Of a stretch of 64,000 bases of DNA, positions 36,866 to 46,519 are shown piece after piece. The notes beneath the pieces were generated by a model. That model ran no database searches. It was not told where the DNA came from and saw nothing but the letters and a program-made list of their open reading frames with translations. Source of the stretch: Minisyncoccia bacterium (lineage in GTDB: Bacteria > Patescibacteriota > Minisyncoccia > Phycocordibacterales > UBA2100); contig JBAQUX010000008.1 of assembly GCA_049297775.1 (NCBI GenBank), positions 10,286-74,285 of the forward strand. Reading direction: 5' to 3'. Made by a program: the position numbers and the translations under genes. Each line of letters starts with the position of its first letter. The stretch's first letter is position 1.

Positions 36866-37807
36866 ATGAATGTCATGCGCACTCATCTTCATAGCAGTTC
36901 TCCCAGCGGCTCGGCTTCAGAAACACGAAGTCATATTCCAGTTCTTTTACACGAAGTAGTAGATTCTTTAGCTCTAGATCCAACAGACATCGTCTTTGAC
37001 GGCACATTGGGTGAGGGAGGTCATGGAATTGAGCTCGCACAAAGGCTTGGCGCCAACGGTATCTTCTGCGGAGTTGATGCCGATGGTGAAGCGCTTGAAC
37101 GAGTGAGAGTTAAATTCCGTGACGTGCCTTGTACTGTAATTCTAGAGAAGGAGAATCACAAAAATATACGAACCTTTGCGAGCACGCACAGCATCACTGC
37201 ATTTAATAAAATATTACTTGATTTGGGCTGGGGTACGCACACGCTGAGTTCAGCACGTGGATTTTCATTTAATACCGAAGACCCGCTCATCATGACCTAT
37301 GATGATGCACCTACGGGAGATGCGGTAACCGCATATGATGTCATCAATCATTGGAGTGAAGAAACACTGCACACCATTTTTAAACACTGGGGCGAAGAGC
37401 CTCGTGCACGAAAAATTGCTGAACATATCTGTGAGGTACGCAAGCGCGAAGAGATACGCACCTCGAAACAACTTGGTGACATCGTTGCGGAAGTAGTGCC
37501 CAAAATGGGCAAAACTCATCCCGCAACAAAAGTATTTCAAGCACTCCGTATTGCAGTAAACGACGAGATGCGCATCCTTAACGATACGCTCCCAGAGTTT
37601 ATTGATTTACTCGCACCAGGCGGAAGACTCGCGATAATCACTTTTCACAGCATAGAAGACAGAATCGTAAAGTATTTCTTCAAGGAGTCTGTAGAAAAAG
37701 GTTTGGGTACACTACTTCATAAAAAAGCACTGCAAGCGACTCGCACTGAGCAGCTCGCAAATCCACGTTCACGAAGCGCAAAATTAAGAATATTTATAAA
37801 AAAATAA
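36866..37807 (+). CDS. rsmH: 16S rRNA (cytosine1402-N4)-methyltransferase RsmH (MraW)
   Basis: HIPVLLHEVVDSL...DGTLGEGGHG and the C-terminal MraW domain are present. Confidence 0.85.
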   Translation: MNVMRTHLHSSSPSGSASETRSHIPVLLHEVVDSLALDPTDIVFDGTLGEGGHGIELAQRLGANGIFCGVDADGEALERVRVKFRDVPCTVILEKENHKNIRTFASTHSITAFNKILLDLGWGTHTLSSARGFSFNTEDPLIMTYDDAPTGDAVTAYDVINHWSEETLHTIFKHWGEEPRARKIAEHICEVRKREEIRTSKQLGDIVAEVVPKMGKTHPATKVFQALRIAVNDEMRILNDTLPEFIDLLAPGGRLAIITFHSIEDRIVKYFFKESVEKGLGTLLHKKALQATRTEQLANPRSRSAKLRIFIKK

Positions 37808-37808
37808 C

Positions 37809-38138
37809 ATGAAAAAAGCACCGAAAGCACAGTTGATGGATCATTCGCACATTGTGAAGCTACAGTCTGCACTTATGGTAAGTGCGCTCATCTGTACGCT
37901 CATGTATGTGTATCTCGTTGGACTTTCGGTGACATACGCTGTTTCTGAAAAGGAGCTCGCACAAGAAAAGAAGACTATTTCAAATGAAGTACTCGTACTT
38001 GAGTCAGAATTTCTCGCACATTCGCAAGACTCTCTCGCTGAAGATAAGGTGCCAAGCAATCTCGTTGCACTTACAGAAAAATCATTTGTAGAATCAAGTA
38101 GACTTGGTAGTGCAAAAGCATTAGTTGTGGCAAACTAG
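37809..38138 (+). CDS. ftsL: Putative cell division protein FtsL (small bitopic protein)
   Basis: It has a single TM segment followed by a coiled coil. It lies between rsmH and ftsI, as FtsL does in dcw clusters. Confidence 0.5.
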   Translation: MKKAPKAQLMDHSHIVKLQSALMVSALICTLMYVYLVGLSVTYAVSEKELAQEKKTISNEVLVLESEFLAHSQDSLAEDKVPSNLVALTEKSFVESSRLGSAKALVVAN

Positions 38139-38143
38139 GCGCA

Positions 38144-39859
38144 ATGCGACAAAAAACGTCTGCCAGAATCAGAATACTTTTTTTCGTAATTTTTGCATTC
38201 ATGCTCCTTATGGTGTGGAGGCTCTACTCTCTGCAAGTTATTCACCATGAAGAGCTATTACTCCGTGCTGAGAACCAATACTTAGGTGCAAACACAAAGA
38301 TATTTGAGCGCGGTTCAATCTTTTTGCAGGGTACAGGAGGAACATTGGTCTCTGGCGCAGCATTACAAAGTGGCTGGACAGTGGCAATAGACCCAAAACG
38401 AATTACAGACCCTGCTGCAACCTTTGCAAAAGTGTCACTCTATCTTCCGTTGCTTACGCGCGATGATTTCTTTCTCAAGGCATCTAGAAAAACTGACCCG
38501 TATGAGGTGCTCGGATTACGCATACCTGATGCAATCGTAAAAGAATTGCGCGCTGAAGACCTGGACGGTCTCATCTACTCGCCAGAGCAATGGCGTTACT
38601 ACCCAGGAGGGACGCTCGCATCACAAGTAATTGGTTTCGTTGGCTTCGTGGATACTACGTTAAAGGGTGTGTATGGACTTGAGCGGATGTTTGATCAGGT
38701 GCTTACCAGAAAGACGAGTGCACTCACTACAAATTTCTTCTCAGAACTTTTTGGCGATGTAGAAACCGTAGTTACTGACGCAAACGCACCACAGGGCGAC
38801 GTAGTCACCACCATTGATGCGGCGACACAATCATTCTTAGAGAAAACGCTTGTCGCAACAAAAGAACGCTGGCATTCAAAGCGCGTCGCAGGAATTATTA
38901 TGAACCCGAAAACTGGAGAGATTGTTGCGATGGCAACACTGCCTAACTTTGACCCGAACACGTATCAAGAAACTAAAGATATATCACGGTTTTCAAATCC
39001 AATGGTTGAGTCGGTGTACGAAATGGGTTCCATTATAAAAATACTTGATGTCGCGGCGGGTATTGACTCAGGGGTGATTACAGAAAGTTCTACCTATTAC
39101 GACTCGGGGAGTATCGTTCTTGATACTAAAACCATTCGCAACTTTGATAGTAAGGCTCGTGGTACCGTGTCTATCAAAGAAATTTTGAGACAATCGCTGA
39201 ACGTGGGTGCAGCACATGTGGCAAAACTCTTGGGACATGAACGCATGCGCGAGTATTTCCTAGAAAAATTTAAACTTGGTGAAGAGACGGGTATAGATTT
39301 GCCTGGTGAAGTAGCAGGGTTAACTAGAAACCTTGAGAGTCCTCGCGCTGTGGAGTACGCAACGGCTGCGTTCGGGCAGGGAATAGCTATTACTCCAGTA
39401 GCAACCATCCGTGCGCTCGCATCTGTAGTAAATGGTGGATACTTGGTACAGCCACACGTGGTGTCAAAACTCGTGTACCCCGGTGGTCGCGAAAAAGTGT
39501 TTAATTATGACGATGAAAAAGAAAAAGTCTTGAAGCCTGAAACAAGTGAGATAGTTTCTCGCATACTGGTATCCGTGGTAGATGAAAAATTGGCTAACGG
39601 CAAACATAAAATGCCTCACCATACGGTAGGTGCAAAGACTGGAACGGCACAAATTGCTATCCCGGGCGCAGGGTATAGTCCTGATAAGTTCCTGCACTCG
39701 TTCTTTGGTTTTGTGCCTGCGTATAACCCGCGATACGTAATCCTGCTTATTAACATTGAGCCACAAGGAGCAAAGTACGCATCAGACACACTTACACAAC
39801 CATTCGTTGACACGGTACATTTCTTGGTAAACTATTATGCCATCCCGCCAGATAGGTAG
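38144..39859 (+). CDS. ftsI: Penicillin-binding protein (FtsI/PBP3-type transpeptidase)
   Basis: An N-terminal TM segment is present, along with SxxK (GSIIKIL), SxN (SLNVG) and KTGTAQ motifs. Confidence 0.85.
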   Translation: MRQKTSARIRILFFVIFAFMLLMVWRLYSLQVIHHEELLLRAENQYLGANTKIFERGSIFLQGTGGTLVSGAALQSGWTVAIDPKRITDPAATFAKVSLYLPLLTRDDFFLKASRKTDPYEVLGLRIPDAIVKELRAEDLDGLIYSPEQWRYYPGGTLASQVIGFVGFVDTTLKGVYGLERMFDQVLTRKTSALTTNFFSELFGDVETVVTDANAPQGDVVTTIDAATQSFLEKTLVATKERWHSKRVAGIIMNPKTGEIVAMATLPNFDPNTYQETKDISRFSNPMVESVYEMGSIIKILDVAAGIDSGVITESSTYYDSGSIVLDTKTIRNFDSKARGTVSIKEILRQSLNVGAAHVAKLLGHERMREYFLEKFKLGEETGIDLPGEVAGLTRNLESPRAVEYATAAFGQGIAITPVATIRALASVVNGGYLVQPHVVSKLVYPGGREKVFNYDDEKEKVLKPETSEIVSRILVSVVDEKLANGKHKMPHHTVGAKTGTAQIAIPGAGYSPDKFLHSFFGFVPAYNPRYVILLINIEPQGAKYASDTLTQPFVDTVHFLVNYYAIPPDR

Positions 39860-39909
39860 TCATACTGAGACGAGTTTAATAACGCAACGAATTAGATTAT
39901 ACTAGCGCC

Positions 39910-41217
39910 ATGTCAGCACTTAAGAAGATTCTCAAGAAAACACTTATATATTTGTTAATTCTAGAGGCACGCATTGCACTCAGACGACACCAACCAAAAA
40001 TAATTACGGTTACTGGAAGTATCGGTAAGACCTCTACAAAGGACGCAATATTTTCTGTACTCTCTGGCTCTTTTGCCGTACGTAAAAGTGATAAAAGTTT
40101 TAATACAGAAGTAGGTGTGCCACTCACTATACTGGGGCTCACCAATGCATGGAATAGTCCACTCGGTTGGGCAAAAAATTTAATGAAGGGTCTTTCGGTT
40201 GCATTGCTTGATAAAAACTACCCGACATGGCTCGTGCTTGAAGTAGGAGCAGATGCGCCCGGTGACATAGCATCAGTTGCAAAATGGATAACACCAACGA
40301 TTGCGGTCCTCACTGCAGTGCCTGATGTGCCAGTGCACGTAGAGTATTTTCCTTCACCTGAAGCAGTGCTTAAGGAAAAACGTGCACTCCCCGACGCGGT
40401 AAAAAAAGATGGACTCGTAATCATTGATGGCGACTGTGCGCACACTAAGAAAATTAGTACCACTTTTGCACCACGAACCGTAAAGACTTATGGATATGAT
40501 AAGAGTAACGATATTCTCATTTCTTCAGCGTTTGTAGTATATGAAAAAACAAAGCCTGTTGGTATGGATTTTATGATTACCTCTGGCGATGCAGAAGTAG
40601 ATGCATCTACTCGTGGCGTGGTTGGTAAACAAGGGGGCTATCCTATCGCTGCCGCTGTTGCTGTGGGTAAATTCCTTAATATTCCCCACGAGACACTCTC
40701 GACACGATTACGCGGACACGAGGCTCCTAAGGGCAGAATGCGTCTTTTAGAGGGCATCCATGGCTCAGTGGTGATAGATGATACCTATAACGCCTCGCCT
40801 GAGGCCGTAAACGCTGCATTGGAAGCACTTTCTTCTATTACATGTACTGGTAACCGTATTGCTGTTATTGGGGATATGGCAGAGCTCGGAAAGTACACAC
40901 AGCAGGCACACGTGGAAACGGGTGAGTACGCCGTCTCTCGCTGTGATGTGCTCTGTACTATTGGTATGCGTGCAAAGGATATGGCAGCAGCAGCAATCAA
41001 CGCAGGCATGAAGGAAGACGCAGTATTTGAGTATAAGCATGGCGAATGGCAGGAACTCATTGAAAAGCTTGAAAGCATGATTACACAACACGATATCGTG
41101 CTCCTCAAAGGTTCACAGTTTATTCGTTTGGAAAAAGTTGCAATACATCTGCTTAAAGAACCGGGAAGAGCAAAAGAATTACTCGTGCGCCAAGACGAAG
41201 AGTGGCAGAAGCGCTAA
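39910..41217 (+). CDS. murF: UDP-N-acetylmuramoyl-tripeptide--D-alanyl-D-alanine ligase
   Basis: The Mur ligase P-loop TGSIGKTSTK and DDTYNASPEA are present. Confidence 0.85.
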   Translation: MSALKKILKKTLIYLLILEARIALRRHQPKIITVTGSIGKTSTKDAIFSVLSGSFAVRKSDKSFNTEVGVPLTILGLTNAWNSPLGWAKNLMKGLSVALLDKNYPTWLVLEVGADAPGDIASVAKWITPTIAVLTAVPDVPVHVEYFPSPEAVLKEKRALPDAVKKDGLVIIDGDCAHTKKISTTFAPRTVKTYGYDKSNDILISSAFVVYEKTKPVGMDFMITSGDAEVDASTRGVVGKQGGYPIAAAVAVGKFLNIPHETLSTRLRGHEAPKGRMRLLEGIHGSVVIDDTYNASPEAVNAALEALSSITCTGNRIAVIGDMAELGKYTQQAHVETGEYAVSRCDVLCTIGMRAKDMAAAAINAGMKEDAVFEYKHGEWQELIEKLESMITQHDIVLLKGSQFIRLEKVAIHLLKEPGRAKELLVRQDEEWQKR

Positions 41218-42368
41218 GACTTCTGTATATCTTCACAATTGGCAATAAGCGAGCCATAGAGTGCAATAAACACTGCGTGGGGCACCACGCGCATGCCATA
41301 ACTAATACATACACGGACAACTGGGTTTTTTACAAATGTGCCAAAGCGTACAATGTGGCTGACAAGTCGTGCAGTACCAATGCGCTTGTTGCGCTGTTTC
41401 TCGTAAGCACGCAAGTGTGATTCGGTATTCGCTGTATCACCAGCAATTTTTTGTAATGTAAGAGAAAGTTCATATGCATCTTCCATAGCCAATGAACCGC
41501 CTAGTCCTGCGTGTGGCCCCAGTGCGTGCGCAGCATCACCAATGAGGATACATCGCCCACGGATAATCTCTTTCGTTTTAACTTCAACGATATCACTCAC
41601 AGTCACCTCGCTATCTTTGAGTCCACGGAGTGCGCCAGGTAGTAAGAGATGTTCATCCTCAAAGTACTTTTGCAGACGCTCAATTCTTCCAGATTCCGCA
41701 TCTATGGTTCCTGGAATTGCTGGCGCATCAAGCCAGAGTGTCGTTGATGTGGGTGAACTAAAGGTAACCGCAAGTTCTGCAGCGCCCACGTATTCAGATA
41801 CGGTGTGCGGGGTATCAAAGGTGTGAGGAATAAAGGTGTACCACACACGCCAGTTTTCAAACGCGCGCTCATCTTTTTTTGATGTTTGTGTGCGCACTAC
41901 TGAATTTACTCCATCAGCACCAATGACAAAATCATAGTGAGCTACTGCGCCATCAAGAAAGGTAACGGTAACTTCATTTTTAGTTTGCACAATACTCGTT
42001 ACCTTTTTGCCAAATTGTATTGGTTGCGTGAGTGAGCTCAGTAACAATTGATGTAAGTCACTGCGAAGTATTGATGAAAAGGGGCGAGATATGTTTGGAA
42101 ATGCCTCTTTCAAATTGATGTTGTACAGGACTGAACCATTGACGTCCTTAGTGGTAAGGGCATCAAGTGACGTGCTCAGCTCATCAAATCGCGTATGCAG
42201 TTGCAAGTGCTTCAACACTTTACGACCATGTGCCCAAATACCAATGAGATACCCCTTACGAAGATATGACGGTTGCAACTCGACGAGGGTATACTCAATT
42301 CCAGCCTTTTCCAAAAATGCTGCAAGTGTTACACCGGCAATACCGCCACCAACGATAAGAACCCTCAT
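41214..42368 (-). CDS. FAD-dependent monooxygenase (UbiH/salicylate-hydroxylase-like, FAD_binding_3)
   Basis: The GxGxxG motif VLIVGGGIAGV and the ILIGDAAHALGPHAGLGGSLAMEDA FAD/substrate motif are present. Confidence 0.75.
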   Translation of the reverse strand: MRVLIVGGGIAGVTLAAFLEKAGIEYTLVELQPSYLRKGYLIGIWAHGRKVLKHLQLHTRFDELSTSLDALTTKDVNGSVLYNINLKEAFPNISRPFSSILRSDLHQLLLSSLTQPIQFGKKVTSIVQTKNEVTVTFLDGAVAHYDFVIGADGVNSVVRTQTSKKDERAFENWRVWYTFIPHTFDTPHTVSEYVGAAELAVTFSSPTSTTLWLDAPAIPGTIDAESGRIERLQKYFEDEHLLLPGALRGLKDSEVTVSDIVEVKTKEIIRGRCILIGDAAHALGPHAGLGGSLAMEDAYELSLTLQKIAGDTANTESHLRAYEKQRNKRIGTARLVSHIVRFGTFVKNPVVRVCISYGMRVVPHAVFIALYGSLIANCEDIQKS

Positions 42369-42700
42369 GAGCGGTGCTCAAAATATTTAAAGAGACGAAT
42401 GACGACGAGTGATGCATTGCCGTACATAAAGGGAAGCCAGATAGGAAGATTTAAAAAACTGTCATCAGCAAACACCCACAGTCCGGTAAGGTGCGCAACA
42501 ACGTCACCAATAGGCGCAAACACTGCCATCATAAGGTATACGTAGGTTTTCTCTCGCTTACCATCTATGTAGAGCATGAGTCCACTAATGATAAGAAGGG
42601 CAGGGAGTAAGAGGTAGATACGCTCCTTAAGAATGATGAGAACTGCGTATGACCCAAAGAACAGAAGTAATGTAACGAGAAACGACAAGCCCTTATTCAT
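42365..42700 (-). CDS. Hypothetical small membrane protein
   Basis: It has three hydrophobic helices. The 4-nt ATGA overlap with the monooxygenase gene suggests translational coupling. Confidence 0.45.
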   Translation of the reverse strand: MNKGLSFLVTLLLFFGSYAVLIILKERIYLLLPALLIISGLMLYIDGKREKTYVYLMMAVFAPIGDVVAHLTGLWVFADDSFLNLPIWLPFMYGNASLVVIRLFKYFEHRS

Positions 42701-42730
42701 AGAGGAATTCTAGCATTACGATATATCCTT

Positions 42731-42890
42731 GGCACCTTGTGTATGTCTAATAAGTAACCGTTCTCAATCTAATCACCCTTTTGAAAGGTGGGGTAGATTG
42801 GGCATCTTTTAACATTGGCACGCGTCTAATAAGTAACCGTTCTCAATCTAATCACCCTTTTGAAAGGTGAGGGAAGATGTGGTATTCTCC
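42731..42890 (+). repeat. Two tandem ~79-bp units with an identical 46-nt core (GTCTAATAAGTAACCGTTCTCAATCTAATCACCCTTTTGAAAGGTG) directly upstream of tRNA-Glu
   Basis: The core copies lie at 42745-42790 and 42824-42869. The flanks are similar but diverged. Each unit contains a TTGAAA -35-like hexamer, and the proximal unit has TATTCT 17 nt downstream. Confidence 0.7.
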
Positions 42891-42898
42891 TATCCATT

Positions 42899-42970
42899 GG
42901 CCCTATCGTCTAACGGTTAGGACAGATCCTTCTCAAGGATTAAATCAGAGTTCGATTCTCTGTAGGGTCA
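42899..42970 (+). tRNA. tRNA-Glu (anticodon CUC), CCA not encoded
   Basis: GGCCCTATCGTCTAACGGTTAGGACAGATCCTTCTCAAGGATTAAATCAGAGTTCGATTCTCTGTAGGGTCA folds as a cloverleaf. The D-arm is the Glu-type TCGTCTA..GGAC, the T-loop is GAGTTCGATTCTC, and the anticodon loop is UUCUCAA. Confidence 0.8.
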
Positions 42971-43225
42971 CACGAGTGTAAAGCATTCAAACTGCTTTGA
43001 ATGCGGGCGAAGTGTGAAGTCGGAGACATGTTTTGTAATCAAAACAGTCGAGACGAGGTCAACAAGCACTTAGTTGTACTCAACTTAGTGACTTGGACCA
43101 CATAGACTTGGAATGCGTAGCATACCGAAATGCATGCCTATGCAGGTTTTTTGTATTGTGTTACAACCAGAGCGCGGTTTCGTAACAAGCCGGAACCGGC
43201 GAGGCGCGTTCCTTAATGACTGAAT

Positions 43226-43891
43226 ATGCAATGGTATAATATAATGGTGGAAAAAGTAAATGAACACTTGAAGGAAATTGGACATAGTATTTTTGAAGCA
43301 AAGTCTGCGTATACTATTTGGAAGGCAATTTCTTATTCTCGTTCAACAGCGATAGTATCAGAAGAATTAGTAGAAAAATACGTTGCGGCTCAGAATACAG
43401 CACCGGCATTCTTTACAATGACTGAAAGGCTTGGGCTAGTAACTTTCGTAATCTCTGTCCTGCAACCCTTTGATAGGGATATGAGGACTCACTCTTTTTT
43501 CAAAGTTGACGAAGCGGAAACTAAAATTTTTTTAAAGCAGAATGAAGAAGTACTGAAAGCACTCAGACTATCAAGAGATAAGGTGTTTGCTCACAGGGAC
43601 ATAAGTGGTAATACGGATTACATAAAAATCACAATACCAGGCATTGATAAATTAGATACTTTCTTTAATAATCTGTTTCTGTTTTACAATAAACTTACAT
43701 CTAAGCACTCAGCTAGTCTTGCTATTTTTGACACCAGCACCAATGACCTCCTCAATGAGATTGAACGTTTGTTCATGAATATAACAAGAGGTGAGATGGT
43801 AAGGAAAGCAGAAATTGATATAAAGTGGGGTTGGGATGAAAGTAGTCAGAAAATCTCACATGTTTTTAAGGCAGAGCAAAAATCACTCTAA
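43226..43891 (+). CDS. HEPN-like domain protein (Abi/DUF4145-like) of unknown function
   Basis: An Rx4-6H-type motif LSRDKVFAHRD (R-DKVFA-H) sits in the middle of a helical domain of about 215 aa. It is the first gene after the tRNA-Glu and hairpin-rich spacer. Confidence 0.4.
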   Translation: MQWYNIMVEKVNEHLKEIGHSIFEAKSAYTIWKAISYSRSTAIVSEELVEKYVAAQNTAPAFFTMTERLGLVTFVISVLQPFDRDMRTHSFFKVDEAETKIFLKQNEEVLKALRLSRDKVFAHRDISGNTDYIKITIPGIDKLDTFFNNLFLFYNKLTSKHSASLAIFDTSTNDLLNEIERLFMNITRGEMVRKAEIDIKWGWDESSQKISHVFKAEQKSL

Positions 43892-43985
43892 CGAACGTTT
43901 AGGTACACTTGAGTGCCCTTTACTGAGGGCAATATTAAAGCATTCTTATTTTCATTAAAAAATTCACATATGCTACGATACCTCT

Positions 43986-44549
43986 ATGCATAAATACATA
44001 CTCATTACATTACTCATCCTCGGTGTTCACACTACTGCACATGCCTATGACGCACGCCCGAGTGACATAGATACATACATACTCAATCCATCAAAAGACA
44101 TGGTTAAAACCGCAGAAGGGAAAAGCTACTATGAGAAAATTGTTGACCAAGAAATTCAGTCAACGCAAATACATATTTTGGTTTTACAAGACTATTTAAA
44201 GACGCTCAAGGCGAAAAAAGCTGGCGCCGTAACCGTTGACCCACGACCAGAAATTGCACTCGAAAAGGCACGTGGCTGTGGTATTACACAACCGCTGTAC
44301 TCAGGGCAACCAAAGAATTACTCTGCAGGCCTTAATACAACGGCATTACAGAAAGCACTCAATACATGGCAATCACAGCGCCCAGGGAAGCGACTTGAAT
44401 ATCCGCAATTAGTTGAGGATGGTATATACGGAGTAAAAGTAACTGAGTTTGTAAAGTTCTATCAACGCGAGAACGGCCTACAAGAAACGGGAAGCGTGGG
44501 TCCAAAGACTCGTGCGCTGATGAACGCAACACTGTTTAAGTGTTCGTAA
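43986..44549 (+). CDS. Secreted protein with C-terminal peptidoglycan-binding (PG_binding_1-like) domain
   Basis: A signal peptide (MHKYILITLLILGVHTTAHA) is present. The C-terminus ALQKALN...DGIYGVKVTEFVKFYQRENGLQETGSVGPKTRALM matches a PG-binding repeat. Confidence 0.65.
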   Translation: MHKYILITLLILGVHTTAHAYDARPSDIDTYILNPSKDMVKTAEGKSYYEKIVDQEIQSTQIHILVLQDYLKTLKAKKAGAVTVDPRPEIALEKARGCGITQPLYSGQPKNYSAGLNTTALQKALNTWQSQRPGKRLEYPQLVEDGIYGVKVTEFVKFYQRENGLQETGSVGPKTRALMNATLFKCS

Positions 44550-44621
44550 TACGGAAGTGTACTCAGAAATTTCTCCGTCTATCCACACCACTGTTTCTCA
44601 CTCCAGTGCTATACTTTTATA

Positions 44622-45686
44622 GTGGATTCTTTAGAAAATATTCTCTACTCATTTTTCACGCTCCCTTTTATTTTTGGGTATCATGTAAACCGTTCTCTCA
44701 CATCCGTTGGGCATAAGGGTCCGGTATCTGAGCACTTTGATGGTAAACGTTTTTGGAACATTGGCGAACGAGAAGGCCTCTTACCGACACAGGCACATGT
44801 GGCACCCCGGCACCATACAAAAAATAGAAGCCTCTTTGAGTGGATGCTCCATCACAAGAAGCATGCGTGGAGCCCAAGTACGGTACCTGAGGTGAGCGTG
44901 CCAGAGCGCAGTGAAGAGTTATTGATTACCGTTATCAATCACTCGACGGTACTGATACAGATGCATGGCATGAACATCATCACGGACCCTATATACAGTA
45001 AGCGTGCATCGCCATACAAGTTTATTGGTCCACTTAGATTTGTGAATCCACGTATTACGCTTGAAAATTTGCCACCCATAGATTTACTCCTGCTTTCACA
45101 TAACCATTATGACCATATGGATATGGATACACTAAGACACATTGCAAAAACGCATAACCCGCATATTGTCACTGGTCTTGGTAATAAGGAATATTTACGG
45201 CACCGCGGTGTGACCAGAGTAAAGGAGGCAGAATGGTTTGAGACACATAGTTTTATCATTGGTAAGACCGCAGTGCATATTGATTTAGTGCCTGCGCAGC
45301 ATTTTTCGGCACGAAGTTTGTCAGATAAAAACAAAACCTTATGGGGTGGCTTTGTCATACGTGCCCACGACAAAAAAATATACATGGCAGGGGACTCAGG
45401 ATACGGGCCGTTCGTGAAGAAGATTGCTGAGCGATACCCCAGTGGTTTTACCGTAGGACTGCTTCCCATAGGTGCATACATGCCTGAGTCATACATGCGA
45501 CGTGTACACATGAACCCACGAGAAGCATTACAAATAATGAAGGATTTACAAATTCAAAAGGGAATAGCCATTCACTTTGGCACGTTTCCTCTTGCTGACG
45601 ATACACAACGAGAACCACTTGAAGACTTAGCTGATGCGCTTCAGTCAGATGAGTTTGCTGGCCTGCATTTTGAAGTGCAGAAGTAG
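44622..45686 (+). CDS. MBL-fold metallo-hydrolase (NAPE-PLD/Lactamase_B_2-like)
   Basis: The HxHxDH motif LLLSHNHYDHMD and the N-terminal HFDGKRFWN motif of this family are present. Confidence 0.8.
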   Translation: MDSLENILYSFFTLPFIFGYHVNRSLTSVGHKGPVSEHFDGKRFWNIGEREGLLPTQAHVAPRHHTKNRSLFEWMLHHKKHAWSPSTVPEVSVPERSEELLITVINHSTVLIQMHGMNIITDPIYSKRASPYKFIGPLRFVNPRITLENLPPIDLLLLSHNHYDHMDMDTLRHIAKTHNPHIVTGLGNKEYLRHRGVTRVKEAEWFETHSFIIGKTAVHIDLVPAQHFSARSLSDKNKTLWGGFVIRAHDKKIYMAGDSGYGPFVKKIAERYPSGFTVGLLPIGAYMPESYMRRVHMNPREALQIMKDLQIQKGIAIHFGTFPLADDTQREPLEDLADALQSDEFAGLHFEVQK

Positions 45687-45706
45687 TACACATGCGGTGA
45701 GTGGCA

Positions 45707-46120
45707 CTAGATGCCCGGGGTGTCCAGAAGAATCAGTCTTCTCAATCGAGGGTCATGTACGTGTGTGGTGTCTAAATCTTTGAGGCGAAAACTGTCATCA
45801 CCAATCTCTGTATTGTGTGCGGGTACTACATGTAGATTGCCGTCTGCTGGGTTTCTGCCAAACATTATTTTAATACCCTCTTTTTTAAAGCGTGCAAGGA
45901 GCGCATCAATAGGTGTTGCCATGCCGGGGTACTCATCATCAACGACTTTGAGTCGAGTATAGGTTTCTGGGGCAATCCCTGGATATGCAAACACGATGTT
46001 CTCCTGAATACAGTCGAACGCAATCGCAACTTTTTCTTCAGTGAGCACTTTTTTAATTTCAGCCTCGCTCGCAGTATGTACATCTTTAGGTTGTGTAGTA
46101 AATCTATTGCCTTCGTTCAT
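45707..46120 (-). CDS. Hypothetical protein (138 aa)
   Basis: The ORF is read from MNEGNRFTT and has no recognisable motif. A perfect 14-bp hairpin with a T-run lies just upstream on the same strand. Confidence 0.45.
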   Translation of the reverse strand: MNEGNRFTTQPKDVHTASEAEIKKVLTEEKVAIAFDCIQENIVFAYPGIAPETYTRLKVVDDEYPGMATPIDALLARFKKEGIKIMFGRNPADGNLHVVPAHNTEIGDDSFRLKDLDTTHVHDPRLRRLILLDTPGI

Positions 46121-46147
46121 ACTGCAATGGTACCACGTATACAAAAA

Positions 46148-46190
46148 TGAGTCCGTTGTTGTTCTCCAAAAACAACAACGGACTGCGTCA
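46148..46190 (-). terminator. Strong hairpin (AGTCCGTTGTTGTT-N7-AACAACAACGGACT), followed on the minus strand by CATTTTTG
   Basis: It is a perfect 14-bp stem. On the minus strand it terminates, or attenuates, a transcript coming from the 46.2-46.5 kb intergenic region. Confidence 0.6.
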
Positions 46191-46262
46191 CCTCCTAACC
46201 AAGAAGCTGCAGAGCATATTGCAACAGCTGACACGCGCTGTGGTATCGCTGTTGCTTAGAGC

Positions 46263-46382
46263 CTACCGACTCGGACAGATATACCAGCCCACAGTGTGTA
46301 CTGCCACAGCTCCGTAAGGGAGGCGGCAGACTCGTGCGAGTGCTGATAGACATGCCTTATCAAGGCTCTTTGCCACTACCAT
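46263..46382 (-). CDS. Candidate small Cys-containing peptide (39 aa)
   Basis: An AGGAG RBS lies 9 nt upstream of the ATG. The ORF sits in a 330-bp intergenic region of higher GC, between a candidate promoter (TTGCAC-16-TATACT on the minus strand) and the strong hairpin terminator. Confidence 0.2.
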   Translation of the reverse strand: MVVAKSLDKACLSALARVCRLPYGAVAVHTVGWYICPSR

Positions 46383-46519
46383 GGCACGGTACTCCTTCTT
46401 CTGGTGTCGTCCGGTTGATCGGAAGCTCTGTGGACGACAGAGTCAGTATATTCTTCATATACATTTGTGCAATAAAGCGCAGTAGTCCGTGGTCTTGAAA
46501 GGTCGTATACTATTGCCAT

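Noticed and set aside
42745-42869. CRISPR-like direct repeats (two identical 46-nt copies separated by a 33-nt spacer).
   Set aside because: There are only two copies. Their flanks are also homologous, so this is a tandem duplication of a 79-bp unit. No cas genes are present, and the unit is directly fused to a tRNA promoter region.
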